DNA of 64,000 nucleotides from Octopus sinensis (Eukaryota), in NCBI RefSeq assembly GCF_006345805.1, contig NC_042998.1:175150001-175214000 (forward strand), read 5' to 3'. The translations under genes were made by a program, and so were the position numbers. Every line of letters starts with the position of its first letter. Positions within the stretch are counted from its first letter, which is position 1. The notes under the pieces were generated by a model. The model was not told the origin of the DNA, did no database searches, and worked only from the letters and a program-made list of their open reading frames with translations. Shown here in pieces: positions 49,957 through 62,640 of the stretch.

Positions 49957-51706
49957 AAATATCCCTTGGGTTTTGTCCTACCATCTTTAAAATGAGCACA
50001 TAAGATAATTTAGAACACTGTGAAAAAATATGAGGTCAGAGCTAACTTGGAAACATACAGGCATCATCTATAGACAACTTCTAGCCTCAAAAATATCTTG
50101 AATTAAAGATATGAGAAGCCTGGTCTCATTCAGTAGTAACAAAATACTGCTGTTAGTATGCACAGCAAGGAAATCAACTACAGGTGTATACACAATGAAA
50201 ATCTTCAAAAATGTTACAAATGCCAGGCTTCACCATCTCTGACCTTTCATGGCAATACAATAAGGAAGCCACTATCTCATTGCTTAATCTTCAGAAAATG
50301 ATAACCAAATCTCCCTCCTCTCATTCCCAACTTCTTAAATAGTCATAGACATAATCCTAAAAAGACAGGATGGACGTAGTTAGAATACTCTTGATCATAG
50401 GTCTGCTAGATTAGTGTTGACCTATATATGTAAACACAACAGCAACCTTTGATAGTGACTACACAAGCATCATCCCAAAGTCTGGGCTGCCACTTCAATA
50501 GTGGAGAGGAATAAAAGCTATAAACAAATGTCAATTATCTGCACTGAATAAACACAACACATAAGAATATTGTGTTCATATCTGGGTTAAAACAACTACT
50601 ACACACAAACAAACATTTTAAGTTGCACCCTAAGAAAAAGCATCTGTGAAGGCTTTATACATCAAAATACTGATTCCACTTGTCCATTGATACACTTTAT
50701 TCTGTTTCCATCTCTCCTTCTGTAATAACAATGACTCTGCTTCTATGAACTTGTAAGTTGTGGTATCACTTTTGTACTAACCCACCTGATACACATTTCA
50801 TCACTCTCTTCTCAAATCTCAAACCTTGTGCCTGTGATAGAAACAATTGTGTGTCATCTCAGATTCTAAACTGAAACACTTTATGGATCCAGTTATCGTT
50901 TCTTTTCCAGTACTGTAGAAATATCTCCCTACTCATTCCAATAAAAGTCCATTTGCAGACGTTTATGTTAAACACCAACTGTATTCACTATACATATTGA
51001 GTGTGGGGAGGAGCTGTCATATGTTTATAAATGTAACCTCTCTTCTTCAGACTAAGATGACCACATAGAATGAAAGATGTTTAAATGCTAATCTCTATTT
51101 GATGGCTTCTTACACACACACACACACACACACATATTCATGATCCAGTAGACAGTATGTGTTGCATCATTTGAATGTATAGTAAGGTATATTTAATGAT
51201 AAGCAATACATATTTTCTTCATCACTGGGATGTATCACCTAAAATATGTGGTTGAATGTAAACAAATGTCTTTTTCTTTTATTCTCTGTGAACAGAAAAG
51301 AGGGTTTTGCTTGACTGGTTTCAGCTCTAATTGGAGTTTCTATCTGAAACCATATATCGTACTTTATGTGCCTACAGTGAGAAATTTAGCTTATATCATA
51401 ACTTATGTAAATTGGTCAGTCTAATTTTTGTAATGCAGTGTAGTTGTATCAATGATTAATTAATTGATACAATTCATTCATTAATGATGCACTAAAAATC
51501 AAATGTTGAAATACACAGTAAGTTGTATTTAATAATAAGCAATATAAACAATAAAACATGGATTATGCATCACTGACAGATAACATTTATATTCTTTATC
51601 ATTAAATATACTTTACTATTCATCTCACAGAAATACAAGCATATTCACGTGTGCATGCACACACACACTCAAATATAGACAAAAGCATGCATATCCTAAC
51701 ACATGA

Positions 51707-54700
51707 TCATCATCACCATCATTTTTACATCCTGTTTTACATCTTGCATAGATTGGCCAGTTTTTTCCACACAGTGCATCACCTCATGACATAGCTACTT
51801 GTCATTTTCTTCATAAGATTCAATATCCTGAGATCAGTTTTCACATATTTTCCTTTAGCTTCTGCAGGCTTCTTCCACTTGGATTGCTTGGAATTTCCTT
51901 ATTCAACTGTCATCCTCTATATGTATATCATGTCTATACCAACACAGTTTTCTCGTTGCACACTACATCTGATTCCTCTTATACCCATTTTCATTTGTGC
52001 AGTTATTTGTAAGTACTACATTGCACATCCTGCAGAGCACGCTCACTTCATTTCTTTGCTCATCCTCTGCATTCAATACTTATGTTTTGCCACATAAAAA
52101 TATTACAATTTTTACACAAGTGTCATGCATTCTGCTCTTCACTTGGAGAATGAATCCAGAGATAAAAGCACCCTAAACTTTTCCAACTAATTCTTACTCA
52201 GGTTACAATGCTTTCAGAATACCCACCTCCACTGCTAATTAGGTTACCTAGGTAACAGAAATTATCAATAGAACCCTCTAAACATATGAAAAAAAACTTA
52301 TTTCCTATGTGCTTAGTTCTAACTACTCCCATATCTTTGCTGCATATCAACCTGCCTGTGATTCCATCACAATCTTGTGTACTCTTAGCATACATTACTC
52401 ACAATATTTGGAGTTCCTTCCTACTTGTTTTCTGCGTATCAAGTACAACCATTTGTCTGACAGTAATAGAGTCCACTCTTTATTCTTGCTGAAATTTTTA
52501 TCTCTGCTAGGTTTATTTTGTGGCCTTTTAATTCTTGGCTTTGCCTTCATGTTTGGAATTTCTTCTCTAAATTTTCTGCAGATATCCTATGAGAACTAGA
52601 TTATTGACATACAGGAATTTTGCATGAGCAATTGGTCTTTAACTCCTCTGCTTTAACCTAAGGAACTTATAAGAAATGTGATGGAGGCCTTCTTGCATGA
52701 TGAATTCCTTGTTGAACTCATTGCCAACAGCAGTTCTGCATATAACTTTCACAGATTATTCATGTATACCTTGTCTTCTTTACAACCATAAAACTGTCAA
52801 AGGCAATGTGTAATGGATTGCTCTTAATTATAAACTTCTCTTGTAATTTCAACTGTAGGTAAATGGAATCAACTGTACCTTGCCCTAACATAAACCTGAA
52901 CTGATTTTCTTTCAAATGAGCTGCACCTATAGTTCTTTTTATTTCATAATTTGATCTGTCAGTTTGATGTCTCTGTAATTTGCTTCTCCTTGGCCATTGT
53001 CGTAGTTGTTGATAATATTGCCAAGCCAGTCATTGGGTGTCACTTCTCCCTGTACTTTTGACTGTACATCTGCTAAGCTGGTCTCTTTTGGATTTATATG
53101 AAGTCGTCCATTTTCTCCCATACATTCTCCACTTTCACCAATCTCTCATAGTAACATTCCCAAGCCTTTTTTTACCTTAGCATCAATGAAGGTAAGTGTG
53201 CAGCTGTCATTCTGAACATTTTTTACTCAACATCTCAACTCACACTGACACACTGCTTTACTAGCTACAATATTTCATACTTCTGATCTTCTTATTGCAG
53301 ATCATTGGCAGACCTCTTGCCTTGCTATGTACACCTCATGACTGACTTCTCTTCCAGTTACTTAATATTGTGTCCTTGCTCCCCTTACTTTCTTCCAATT
53401 TCTTGAAGCTTTTCTCTTAGCCTTTATGGCTCAGTCTTCTGTGTCACTCCATCATGTCACCTTCTATCTGGAGTGAATCTTGCTCAATCCACAGATCTGC
53501 TCTTTGGTTTATAGCAGGTTGTCTCACTGAAACTTGTGATTGTCTTTTATTTTACAAAGCTCTATCTCCTCCTCCTTCACAACATCCATGACATATAGAA
53601 TTGAATTTCTCTGCACCTTTGTCCAGAAATGGTATCTTTCAGCTTATCTTTCTTTTCTAGATTGTTATGTATCTCTGGGTATGTCTTGCTCTTACTCTGA
53701 AGTCATTAATCATTAATCCATGTTGAGTGGTACATTCTTCACCCAGGAAGTACCTAGTATTTACAAACATTTGATTCCGAGTAGAGGTAGGGGTCCACAA
53801 AGGTTCAGTCCTCAGCCCCCTCCTATTTGTTGAGGCAAGTGTAATTGAAATCGAAATCAAATTCAATGACTGGCATCTGTGCTAGTAGAGTGCTAAGAGC
53901 ACCATCCGAGCGTGATCATTACCAGAGCAGCTGACTGGCTTCCATGCCATTGGCATGTAAAACGCACCATTCAAGCGTGATCGTTACCAGCATTGCCTTA
54001 CTGGCACTTGTGCCCATGGCAAGGGAAAAAATATTCAAGCAAGGTCATTGCCAGTGCTGCTGGACTGGCTTCTGTGCAGGTGACACATAAAAAACACCAT
54101 TTGAGCGTGGCCATTGCCAGTAACACCTGACTGGCCCACATGCCGGTGGCACGTAAAAGCACCCACTACACTCTTGGAGTCGTTGGCATTAGGAAGGGCA
54201 TCCAGCTGTAGAAACTCTGCCAGATCAGATTGGAGCCGGGTGCAGCCATCTGGTTCGCCAGTCCTCAGTCAAATAGTCCAACCCATGCCAGCACAGAAAG
54301 CGGATGTTAAACGATGATGATGATGATTATCTTGTTTCTTGGTGCATGTGAACTCTATCTGGCTTACATGTTCACCTGATTGATTAGTGATCAGGTAAAT
54401 GGTCAGTTTCTTGAAGTTAGTGTTGCAAATGTAATTCCAAGTCTTGATATCTCCTCATTCTTCATACAATATCCTTAACTTTCTACAATTGGAGTAATGT
54501 CATGCTTTTTACCCAACATGTCTTTGAAGTCACTAGCTGTGATAATGAGGTTATTGTTACCCATTATCAAGATGGTCTGCAAGAGGGCCTCATAGTAACA
54601 TTTCAGTTTTGTTCATCTGTTATTCCTGGTTGTGGTGCATATATAGAGATACTGTTACTGTTGTGTGACCCATGACTGGTCTATGCTTGATCATTGATAC

Positions 54701-54915
54701 ATCCTCTGACTTATTCAGTTATCCTTACTCCACCACCCCAATGTTTAACTTCTTTGAAGAATTTGTATGTGTGTTCTTTTCTCCTGAATAACCTGACTGG
54801 GAGTCCCCTTTCATTTTAAACACAATACATATACGTTCCTCCACTCTGAAACTTCTTACCTTTCATCATACTTGTGTTGATTGTAACAACCTTGAAATTT
54901 TGTTCCTGCAAAGAA
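51707..54915 (-). mobile_element. Old near-full-length RTE LINE (APE endonuclease, RT, tail), heavily decayed, with a nested insertion
   Basis: ISIYAPQPG..ASDFK (APE), HLITNQSGEHVSQIEF..GEECTTQH spanning the insertion, VTPNDW, RT relics, (GAT)n end at ~51707. Confidence 0.82.
53777..54328 (+). mobile_element. Younger internally deleted RTE derivative (RT motif fused to 3' UTR) inserted into the old RTE
   Basis: RVEVGVHKGSVLSPLLF joined at ~53830 to 3' UTR TGTTGAGGCAAG; TGATT duplicated at 53772-76 and 54324-28. Confidence 0.9.
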
Positions 54916-55339
54916 CAGTGAGATTTCTGTTAGCAATCCATTACTTGATTTCTGCTTTTTGAAACTAAAAGAGTTTGTGCAGCAAACTTAATCGTTTAAC
55001 CACACACGATCATGTGATCCTGGATTCAGTCCACTTTGTGGCATCTCAGGGAAGTGTTCATCAGAGCTTCAAGTCAATAAAACCCTTATGAGAGAAATTA
55101 GGTTGATAGAATTATTTGGAAGCTCATTGGAGGGATTGCATCTGTAATTCAAAAGTCCAACCTTGTCACATGCTGATTCTTCCAAAGAATTATATTAAAG
55201 GTGCACATGTCTGTGGAATACTCAGCTACTTTGCATTAATTCAGTGTAGGTCATTCATTTGCTCAAAAAATTAAATACTTGTTGAAATCAATGTAGAATC
55301 CACCATACCCTCATCATTTAACATCATTATTCTCATTTA

Positions 55340-55640
55340 ATGTCCAACTACTATGCTGGCGTAAGTTAGATGGTTTGATAGGTTCCAGTGAGCCAGAGGA
55401 GTGAGTTGAACTCCAGTGTCTGTTTTGGCATGGTTTCTATGGCTTGATGTCCTTCATAACACCAACCACTTTACAGGGTGCATCAGGTACTTTTTTTCAT
55501 CACCAACGTGAATGAAGGTCGCCAAGTAACTAGTAAGACAAAAAAAAAAGCCTCTGAGCAGAAGTTGGCTTTATGCCAGATGTTGAGAGGCTAAAGTATG
55601 ATAGAGGAACAGACACAGGTGTTTTGCTATAGAAGAGTTA
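55340..55640 (-). mobile_element. RTE-type 3' tail (second subfamily)
   Basis: Homologous to 12233-12520. Confidence 0.75.
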
Positions 55641-56989
55641 TATGGCTATATCACATTATATTTGAGTAGGTAGAATTAGCTGGATAGAAGAGAGAGATGT
55701 TGATAATGAAGTGTCAGAGTATACTGTCAAGGAACAAGAAGTTGAGTACAAGAAAGAAGACAAACTGAAGATGGTAGCGGAGTGGATAAATTCACAGTAG
55801 TGTGAGAGGAGAGTGACATTTTATACACACATGCACAGGCATTTAATGTTTCATATCTTGATTGGTATGTTGGGATACAATTCAACTGCAGATGATGGTT
55901 ACCTACCAATTAACTCACTCACAGATACAGGTTTTAAATGGTAAATCTGAAAGTTCACAAAGACATTTCATCACAAATAGGTTACAGTGTTGATGCAGTG
56001 TTGCAGTAGGTTTGGTTTTTTGCACTTTTCTCAGTTACTTCTTTTTCTCTTTTTTAAGACTGCAAAAAGAAGTGAGGGGAAAAGAGGGTATCCTACCCCT
56101 TGTGTCGTGTTTAATATTAGTAGCACTATGTTCATTAGTGAGGAAGTATCTCTGTCAAATGGTTAAATTCAACATCATTTCCATTTTTTATTTGTATGTT
56201 GTTTGTTTTCCTGTTTTGTTTTTTCCTGTTATTTATTCCATGAGAGTCTGTGAGATTGTAATAAGTCTTCTACTTCATCACTTCCAACAATGCCACTTCT
56301 CATTTTGGATTTTCTTTTAGTTACTTTTTTTTTTTTTTTTTTGTCCAATATATATTTTTCATTTCATTTTCATCTTTCTTGAAATTATTTTTATTTTCTT
56401 TCTGCTGATTTTGTTAGTAGTTGTCTTTCTCTCTGCATCTTTCTGTCTGCCTTTATCTAATTGTCTGTTTCTCTCTCTTTCTCTCTCGTTCCCTGTCTAT
56501 CTGTCTCTCTCAATTCCTGTCTTTCTCTTGTGACTGTATCTCTGTATCTCTCTGTCTAGCTGTTTGTCTCTCTCTGATTATCTGTCCTGTTATAATTAAC
56601 ACTTATAACTGGCCTAAAACTGGTGGAAAGGAAATATAATCTGAAGAGTCGGTCTCTGCCAAGTAAAAGCTGATAACATTCCTTTTAAACACACACATCT
56701 AGATGCAGAGAATCAGAAAGACAGATTCACACACCAAACTTATTAACATTCATATGCAGACAAACACCTGCATACAAAACATATGCAAATGCTCATGATT
56801 GCTGCAAATGCACATAGCCATAAGTATTTTTTTTCATTATGTCTGTCTGGTTGTCAGCTTCTCTTTACATCTGTTTGCTTCTCTCCTCATATCTCTATCT
56901 GTCCGACTGTCAGTATTCTCAGCTTATTTATCTGTTTAATTATGTCTACCTGTCTATCTATATCTGTAGATCTGTTTGTGTATCTATCT

Positions 56990-57053
56990 GTATGTATGTA
57001 TGTATGTATGTATGTATGTATGTATGTATGTATGTATGTATGTATGTATGTAT
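56990..57053. repeat. (TATG)n microsatellite
   Basis: Seen directly. Confidence 0.95.
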
Positions 57054-57247
57054 GACTACATGTGTGTATATGCTACTCTGCCTGTTGATCTCTCTCTCTC
57101 TTTCTTGCTCTCATACATGTGTCTGTGTGTGTGTGTGTACACTAACACACTCTGAAAAAGTCTTTCTCATTGAGTAACAATAAAATTGTGTTAATGACTT
57201 TACACTCCTTTAAAAAAAATATATATATTTTTCTCATAGTGAAGATG

Positions 57248-57248
<1 letters not shown>

Positions 57249-57300
<52 letters not shown>
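57249..57300. repeat. (AC)n microsatellite
   Basis: Seen directly. Confidence 0.95.
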
Positions 57301-57304
<4 letters not shown>

Positions 57305-57790
57305 TATAATATCTTCATACTGTATCGCTGTCTCTAGTTTACTGTGTACAAAGGAACATATTCACACATGCATACACAGCTTCAAATACAATTCAAACGG
57401 TCTAATACATACACATATATATCAAACCCATGTGTGTGTGTGTGTGTGTATACCTCTTTATGATTAATACTTATGCCTCCATTTTAGTCTCTGCATACAT
57501 ACATGTACACACACACGCACACACACAAATACACAAATCCCAACATCTCTACATAATATATTTTTTATATAGTTTGTTTTGATTTTTCGTTCTCTCTTTC
57601 TCCTCACTCACTCACACATACATACAGCACTGGATCTGTATACCCTACATTATTCTGTAGCTTTTATTTTATGCATGAACGCAGTTCCACATGCTTGCAT
57701 AAACTTAAACGCAAACCCATACATGAGAGAGATCCATTCAAACATACACATTCCCTAAACACAAACTTACAAACATAAATACATATTAAC

Positions 57791-58852
57791 ATCATCATCA
57801 TCATTTAACATCCGCTTTCCATGCTGGCATGGGTTGGACTATTTGACTGAGGACTGGCAAACCAGATGGCTGCACCAAGCTCCAATCTGATCTGGCAGAG
57901 TTTCTACAGCTGGATGTCCTTCCTAACGCCAACCACTCCGAGAGTGTAGTGGGTGCTTTTACGTGCCACCAGCACAAGGGCTAGTCAGGTGATACTGGCA
58001 ATGGCCATGCTCAAACAGTGTTTTTTACGTGCCACCTGCACAGGAGCCAGTCCAGTGGCACTGGCAACAACCTCGCTCAAATGTTTTTTCACATGCCACT
58101 GGCACAAGTGCTAGTAAGGCGACGCTAGTAACAATCACACTTGGATGGTGCTCTTAGTGCTCCACTAGCACGGATGCCTGTCATCAAATTTGATTTCAAT
58201 TTTGATTTCTCTTGCCTCAACAGGTCTTCACAAGCAGAGTTTAGTGTCCAATGAAGGAAAGGTACGCATAAGTGGTCTGGTTACACCCCTGCCATAGGCC
58301 ATGAGGTTATGGTCTCATTTGGCTTTCCGGGTCTTCTCAAGTACAGCATATTTCCAAAGGTCCCAGTCACTAATCATTGCCTCGGTGAGGCCCAATGTTC
58401 GAAGATCATGCTTCATTACCTCATCCCAGGTCTTCCTGGGTCTACCTCTTCCACAGGTTCCCTCAACCTCTAGGTTGTGGCACTTTTCACACAGCTATCC
58501 ACCTCCATTCTCACCACATGGCCATACCAGCACAGTCGTCTCTCTTGCACACCACATCTGATGCTTCTTAGTTCCAACTTTTCTCTCAAGGTACTTACAC
58601 TCTGTCGGGTATGAACACTGACAATACACATCCAGCAGAGCATACTAGCTTCATTCCTTGCAAGCTTATGTATGTCCTCAGCAGTCATGCCCAATGTTTC
58701 TCTGCCATGTAGCATGGCTGTTCGTACACATGTGTCATACAGTCTACCTTTTACTCTGAGCGAGAGGCCCTTTCTCACCAGCAGAGGTAAGAGCTCTCTG
58801 AACTTTGCCTAGACTATTCTTATTCTAGCAGCTACTCTTTCAGCGCACCCAG
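57791..58852 (-). mobile_element. 5'-truncated RTE LINE (ORF C-terminus + complete 3' UTR)
   Basis: KGLSLRVKGRLYDTCVRTAMLHGRET...ERRLCWYGHVVRM, GRPRKTW, module array, (GAT)n tail. Confidence 0.95.
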
Positions 58853-59011
58853 ATATATCATTATGAATATTTAGTTTAGGTTTCCTATGATTTGTGTGCT
58901 GTTAAAAGCACATGCACACACACACACCCACCTCACCTCACATAATTTCTCACTAGTTCATTTTGCTTAACACACAAGCTGAAGTATACCTTTACACATG
59001 CATACACACAG

Positions 59012-59112
59012 CCCCACTACATGATACCTTGGACAAGTGTCTTCTACTATAGCCTCAGCCCAACAAAAGCCTTGTAAGTAGATTTGGTAGATAGAAACTG
59101 GAAGAAGCCCAT

Positions 59113-59192
<80 letters not shown>

Positions 59193-59383
59193 ATGTCTGT
59201 ATCTGTGCCATCGCTTAACAACAGATGTTGGTGTGCTTATGTCCCTGAAACTTAGTGGTTCGGCAACAGAGATCGATAAGTACTAGGCTTACAAAGAATA
59301 AGTCCTGGGATTGATTTCTTCAACTAAAGGTGGTGCTCCAGCATGGCCACAGTCAAATGACTGAAACAAGTAACAATAAAAGA
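59012..59383 (+). mobile_element. tRNA/CORE-type SINE with expanded internal (TA)n(TG)n
   Basis: Homologous to 13615-14024. Confidence 0.85.
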
Positions 59384-59739
59384 ATATATATATTGAGAGA
59401 GAGAGAGAGAGAGACCAAGTGTATAGTATAATTTTGAGGGGAGAGAGAGAGAGTATGTAGTAAGTGAGGGTGGTTTTGCTGCTACACACACACACATGTA
59501 CCATGTGTAGGAAATTAATCTAAGTACTTATCTTAGTAATTATATGCATTCACAGACTTCAGTCTTTTACTTGCATTCAAAACCCTTTCTGAATGAGTCA
59601 TCGTTATTTGATGATAAAACATGAATTGTATCATTTCATCAATGCCTACGTTGTGTTGTATCTCATATTACCACATGATGAAATGCAGGCACACATATGA
59701 TGCACTTGTGTATGTGTGTGTGTGCATGCGCGTGCACAT

Positions 59740-60050
59740 ATCACCATCATCGTTTTACATCACTTTTCCATGCGGGTATGGATTGGATAACTCATTAAGC
59801 TTCAAGTCTGTTTTTATTTGAAGTCACAACCCTCTTAGATGGGCCAGTGGACCAAGTCTCACTTCTATGCTTCAGTTTGGGGTTGGTTTCCATGGCTGAG
59901 TACCCTTCTTTTCACTGGCCACTTTATACAGGGTGCATTTTATTGTGGTGCCAGTACTTGAGAGGTTAACATGCTCAAAAAGATATAGGAATTCCTTCAA
60001 CTCCACATTTACTTTACCCTTTACAAAGTGCACTGGATGTGGAGCTGCTA
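59740..60050 (-). mobile_element. Old RTE-type 3' tail
   Basis: CATCATCGTTTTACATCACTTTTCCATGC start; similarity to 12233-12520. Confidence 0.6.
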
Positions 60051-61146
60051 TGTACACTACGAAATTAGAATCCTCACCATTCCATGATGTGTTTATGAAC
60101 TCAAGATGACGTTGCAGAGAAGGAATGTGAATAGATGACCAAAGAAGAACCAGGGTGAGTGTGTATTGGGAGCAAGAGAAATATGGTAAAAGGGATGAGA
60201 GTGGAAAATAATGGATGTAAATTAGTGGGGATTAGTAACATGTGACTTGGGAATCAAAGAGTAATGATGGCAGATGTGTTGGGTACATGCGGGTCTGACA
60301 CAGTGTCTTATGATAGAAGAAAATGGTAGAGTGATAAGGATGGTATGGCTGGTGGGAGAGAGTGTGAATGTCAGACAGAGAAAATCAATTGCCATCATGA
60401 CTTTTATGGGTGGCATAAAACAGTGAAAGAAGAGGGGAGAGTGATGGAGAGCTCCTTGATACCATTTGTCTTTTTAAATAATGTAAGCAATGTAATCTCT
60501 GATATAAATAAAATGGGTTGATCATAGCTAGAATGCCTTTGGTCATAAGTTAACTTCAATCAAGCCTGACCTGGGCTTGAAATAATGGCACCAACGGTCA
60601 TCATCACTTATAATTTTAGTGTATACTTTTCCATACCATTGGCCAAATCGATTTATTTCCATTAAGTCATTTCATTTCTTGAATCATGCAAATTACAACT
60701 GGCCAAAATCTATGCTTTTTTTTAATTTTATTATTCATAAAAATCCTTATCAGCTAATAAAGCAAGTTTGAGTTTGACAAAACTATGCTGATGAGGTTCC
60801 TATAAAACTGAATCCTACACAGCTGTCCCCTTGCCTGCTGAAAGCAAACAGATTTTCCCCTCAACTATGTAAATTAATTTGGGGTAATTAATTCTTAATT
60901 TCTTATCTTTGATAGTCACTTATAATTGCCATTTCTTTTGTTTTTTTCTCCAACTAAGAGGAAAATTTCAATGAAGTAAAATTTTTCATGTACATCATTC
61001 AGCATATTTACCCCTGAGCTTAGTGAAATGTCTTTATGAATATTTTGTTATGAAGTTAACTTTCCAAACACATAGTTTTGGGGTTCAGTCATATGGTGTA
61101 AGACGTCCATGCAGGGGAGTATATTGAATTGCAGTGTAGTGTAGTG

Positions 61147-61569
61147 GTTGGAATGGTTTCTACTATATGGCTCAGAAACCTGGACGTTATCAAAGAACCT
61201 TGAGAGGCAGTTGGATGGAACTTACACTCGACTCCTTATGAGAGCTCAAAATCTCTTGTGGAAGCGTCATCCAACCAAAGTACAAATATATGGGAAACTA
61301 CCACCTGTATCATCTCTTGTGAAAGGTAGAAGAGTCCAGTTTGTTGGACATTGTTGTAGAGCTGAAAACGAGGTAATTTCTACTCTTCTCCTCTGGAAGC
61401 CATCTATTCACGATACCAGAGGGTGCACACTCTCCTACCCTGATGTAATCTCCAGGGATACAGGCATCCAGCAACAGGACCTCCGTAATGCTATGATGGA
61501 CCGTGAAGTTTGGCCTAACATAGTAAATTCCATTGTCTCAACCACGGTCAAACAATGATAATGATGATG
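61147..61569 (+). mobile_element. 5'-truncated RTE-superfamily (RTE-X-like) LINE 3' end with open frame
   Basis: LLYGSETWTLSKNLERQLDGTYTRLLM..HPTKVQIYGKLP..RRVQFVGHCCR..AMMDREVW, ending in (TGA)n. Confidence 0.88.
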
Positions 61570-62489
61570 GAACAGTTTCCACTATTCTTGTATTTGAAGT
61601 AACTGCTAGTATATGTGTCAAGACAACAACAAAGTGTAATATTTCTATATTTGAGTCATTTCATTTAGATGATTTAGTCCTTCTAAGATGACATGTATGA
61701 AACAAGATCAAAATTTAGTCCTTTCATGCATCTTGGCATGAATATAGAAATATCAGATCGCTGTCAGCATTGGCAGCCACACACACAGTTGCACTACTAG
61801 CACATTGATGCAATATCATACATAGTCCTGTGTTTGTTGTAGTGTTACAGAATGGCAAGGCATTCATGCTTCTCTCTGATGAGAAATATTAGCTGTGGAA
61901 GGAAAGCTGCTTCAACTGGGAATTAAAACCAAATCACATTTAATTAACCCTTGACTGACAGCTGCACCTACTCCCAGATGTTGTTTTTTTAAAACATCAT
62001 GGTCACCAAGCTATATTTGTTCGCATTCTTCTAATTTCCTACTCAAGGGAAGGATTGAGTTTATAGCCTGTGGGATGGGAGAATAAGTTAGCTTTGTGCT
62101 TAATATCGCATTTGACATGCTGAAAATTAGTTATTTGGTGAAAATATCTGAACAAAAATCTATGTTCTTGAGAAGTTCAGTTCTGAGAAGAATTGCACAT
62201 GTTATTTGGTGCAGCAGTTATTCAGAAAGTGAGCTGCAAGTGTTTTTAATGTGGTTGAGAAGTCAGCAACTTTGCAGGGGCAGAGAATTTCATTGTAATA
62301 GTAGATGACACAAATGAAATGTAAAATATAATGCCTTTCTTTCAGTAGTAGTGGGGGAAGGGGTCTTGGGCACTATCATAATACACAGAGTATCTTGGGC
62401 ATTTTGAGCCTGTCAGAGGTTATTTTTATCCAAATCTGAACATAACCAATTTCTTCCAGGAAGGAAGTGCAAGAAAGAGAGGGGAGTGG

Positions 62490-62640
62490 AGAAAGTGATG
62501 GTGAATCAACTCAGTACTTTACTAATATTTTATCAACCTTGAAAGGATGAAAGGCAAAGTTGACTTCAGTGGGGCTTGAACTCAGTCAGAATGAATACTG
62601 CAAAGCATGCCAATCCTTGCTCTAATAGTTCTGCTAATCC
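62490..62640 (-). mobile_element. OK/Meta-type SINE, old copy
   Basis: GAAAGGATGAAAGGCAAAGTTGACTTCAG..TTGAACTC. Confidence 0.75.

Noticed and set aside
7165-59221. Many ORF-track entries rich in YI, HT, CV, MYVC, poly-I or poly-Y
   Set aside because: They are translations of (TA)n, (CA)n, (TATG)n, (ATT)n and (TAG)n microsatellites, not genes
60788-60815. CTGATGA followed by a hairpin
   Set aside because: No GAAA after the stem, so not a hammerhead
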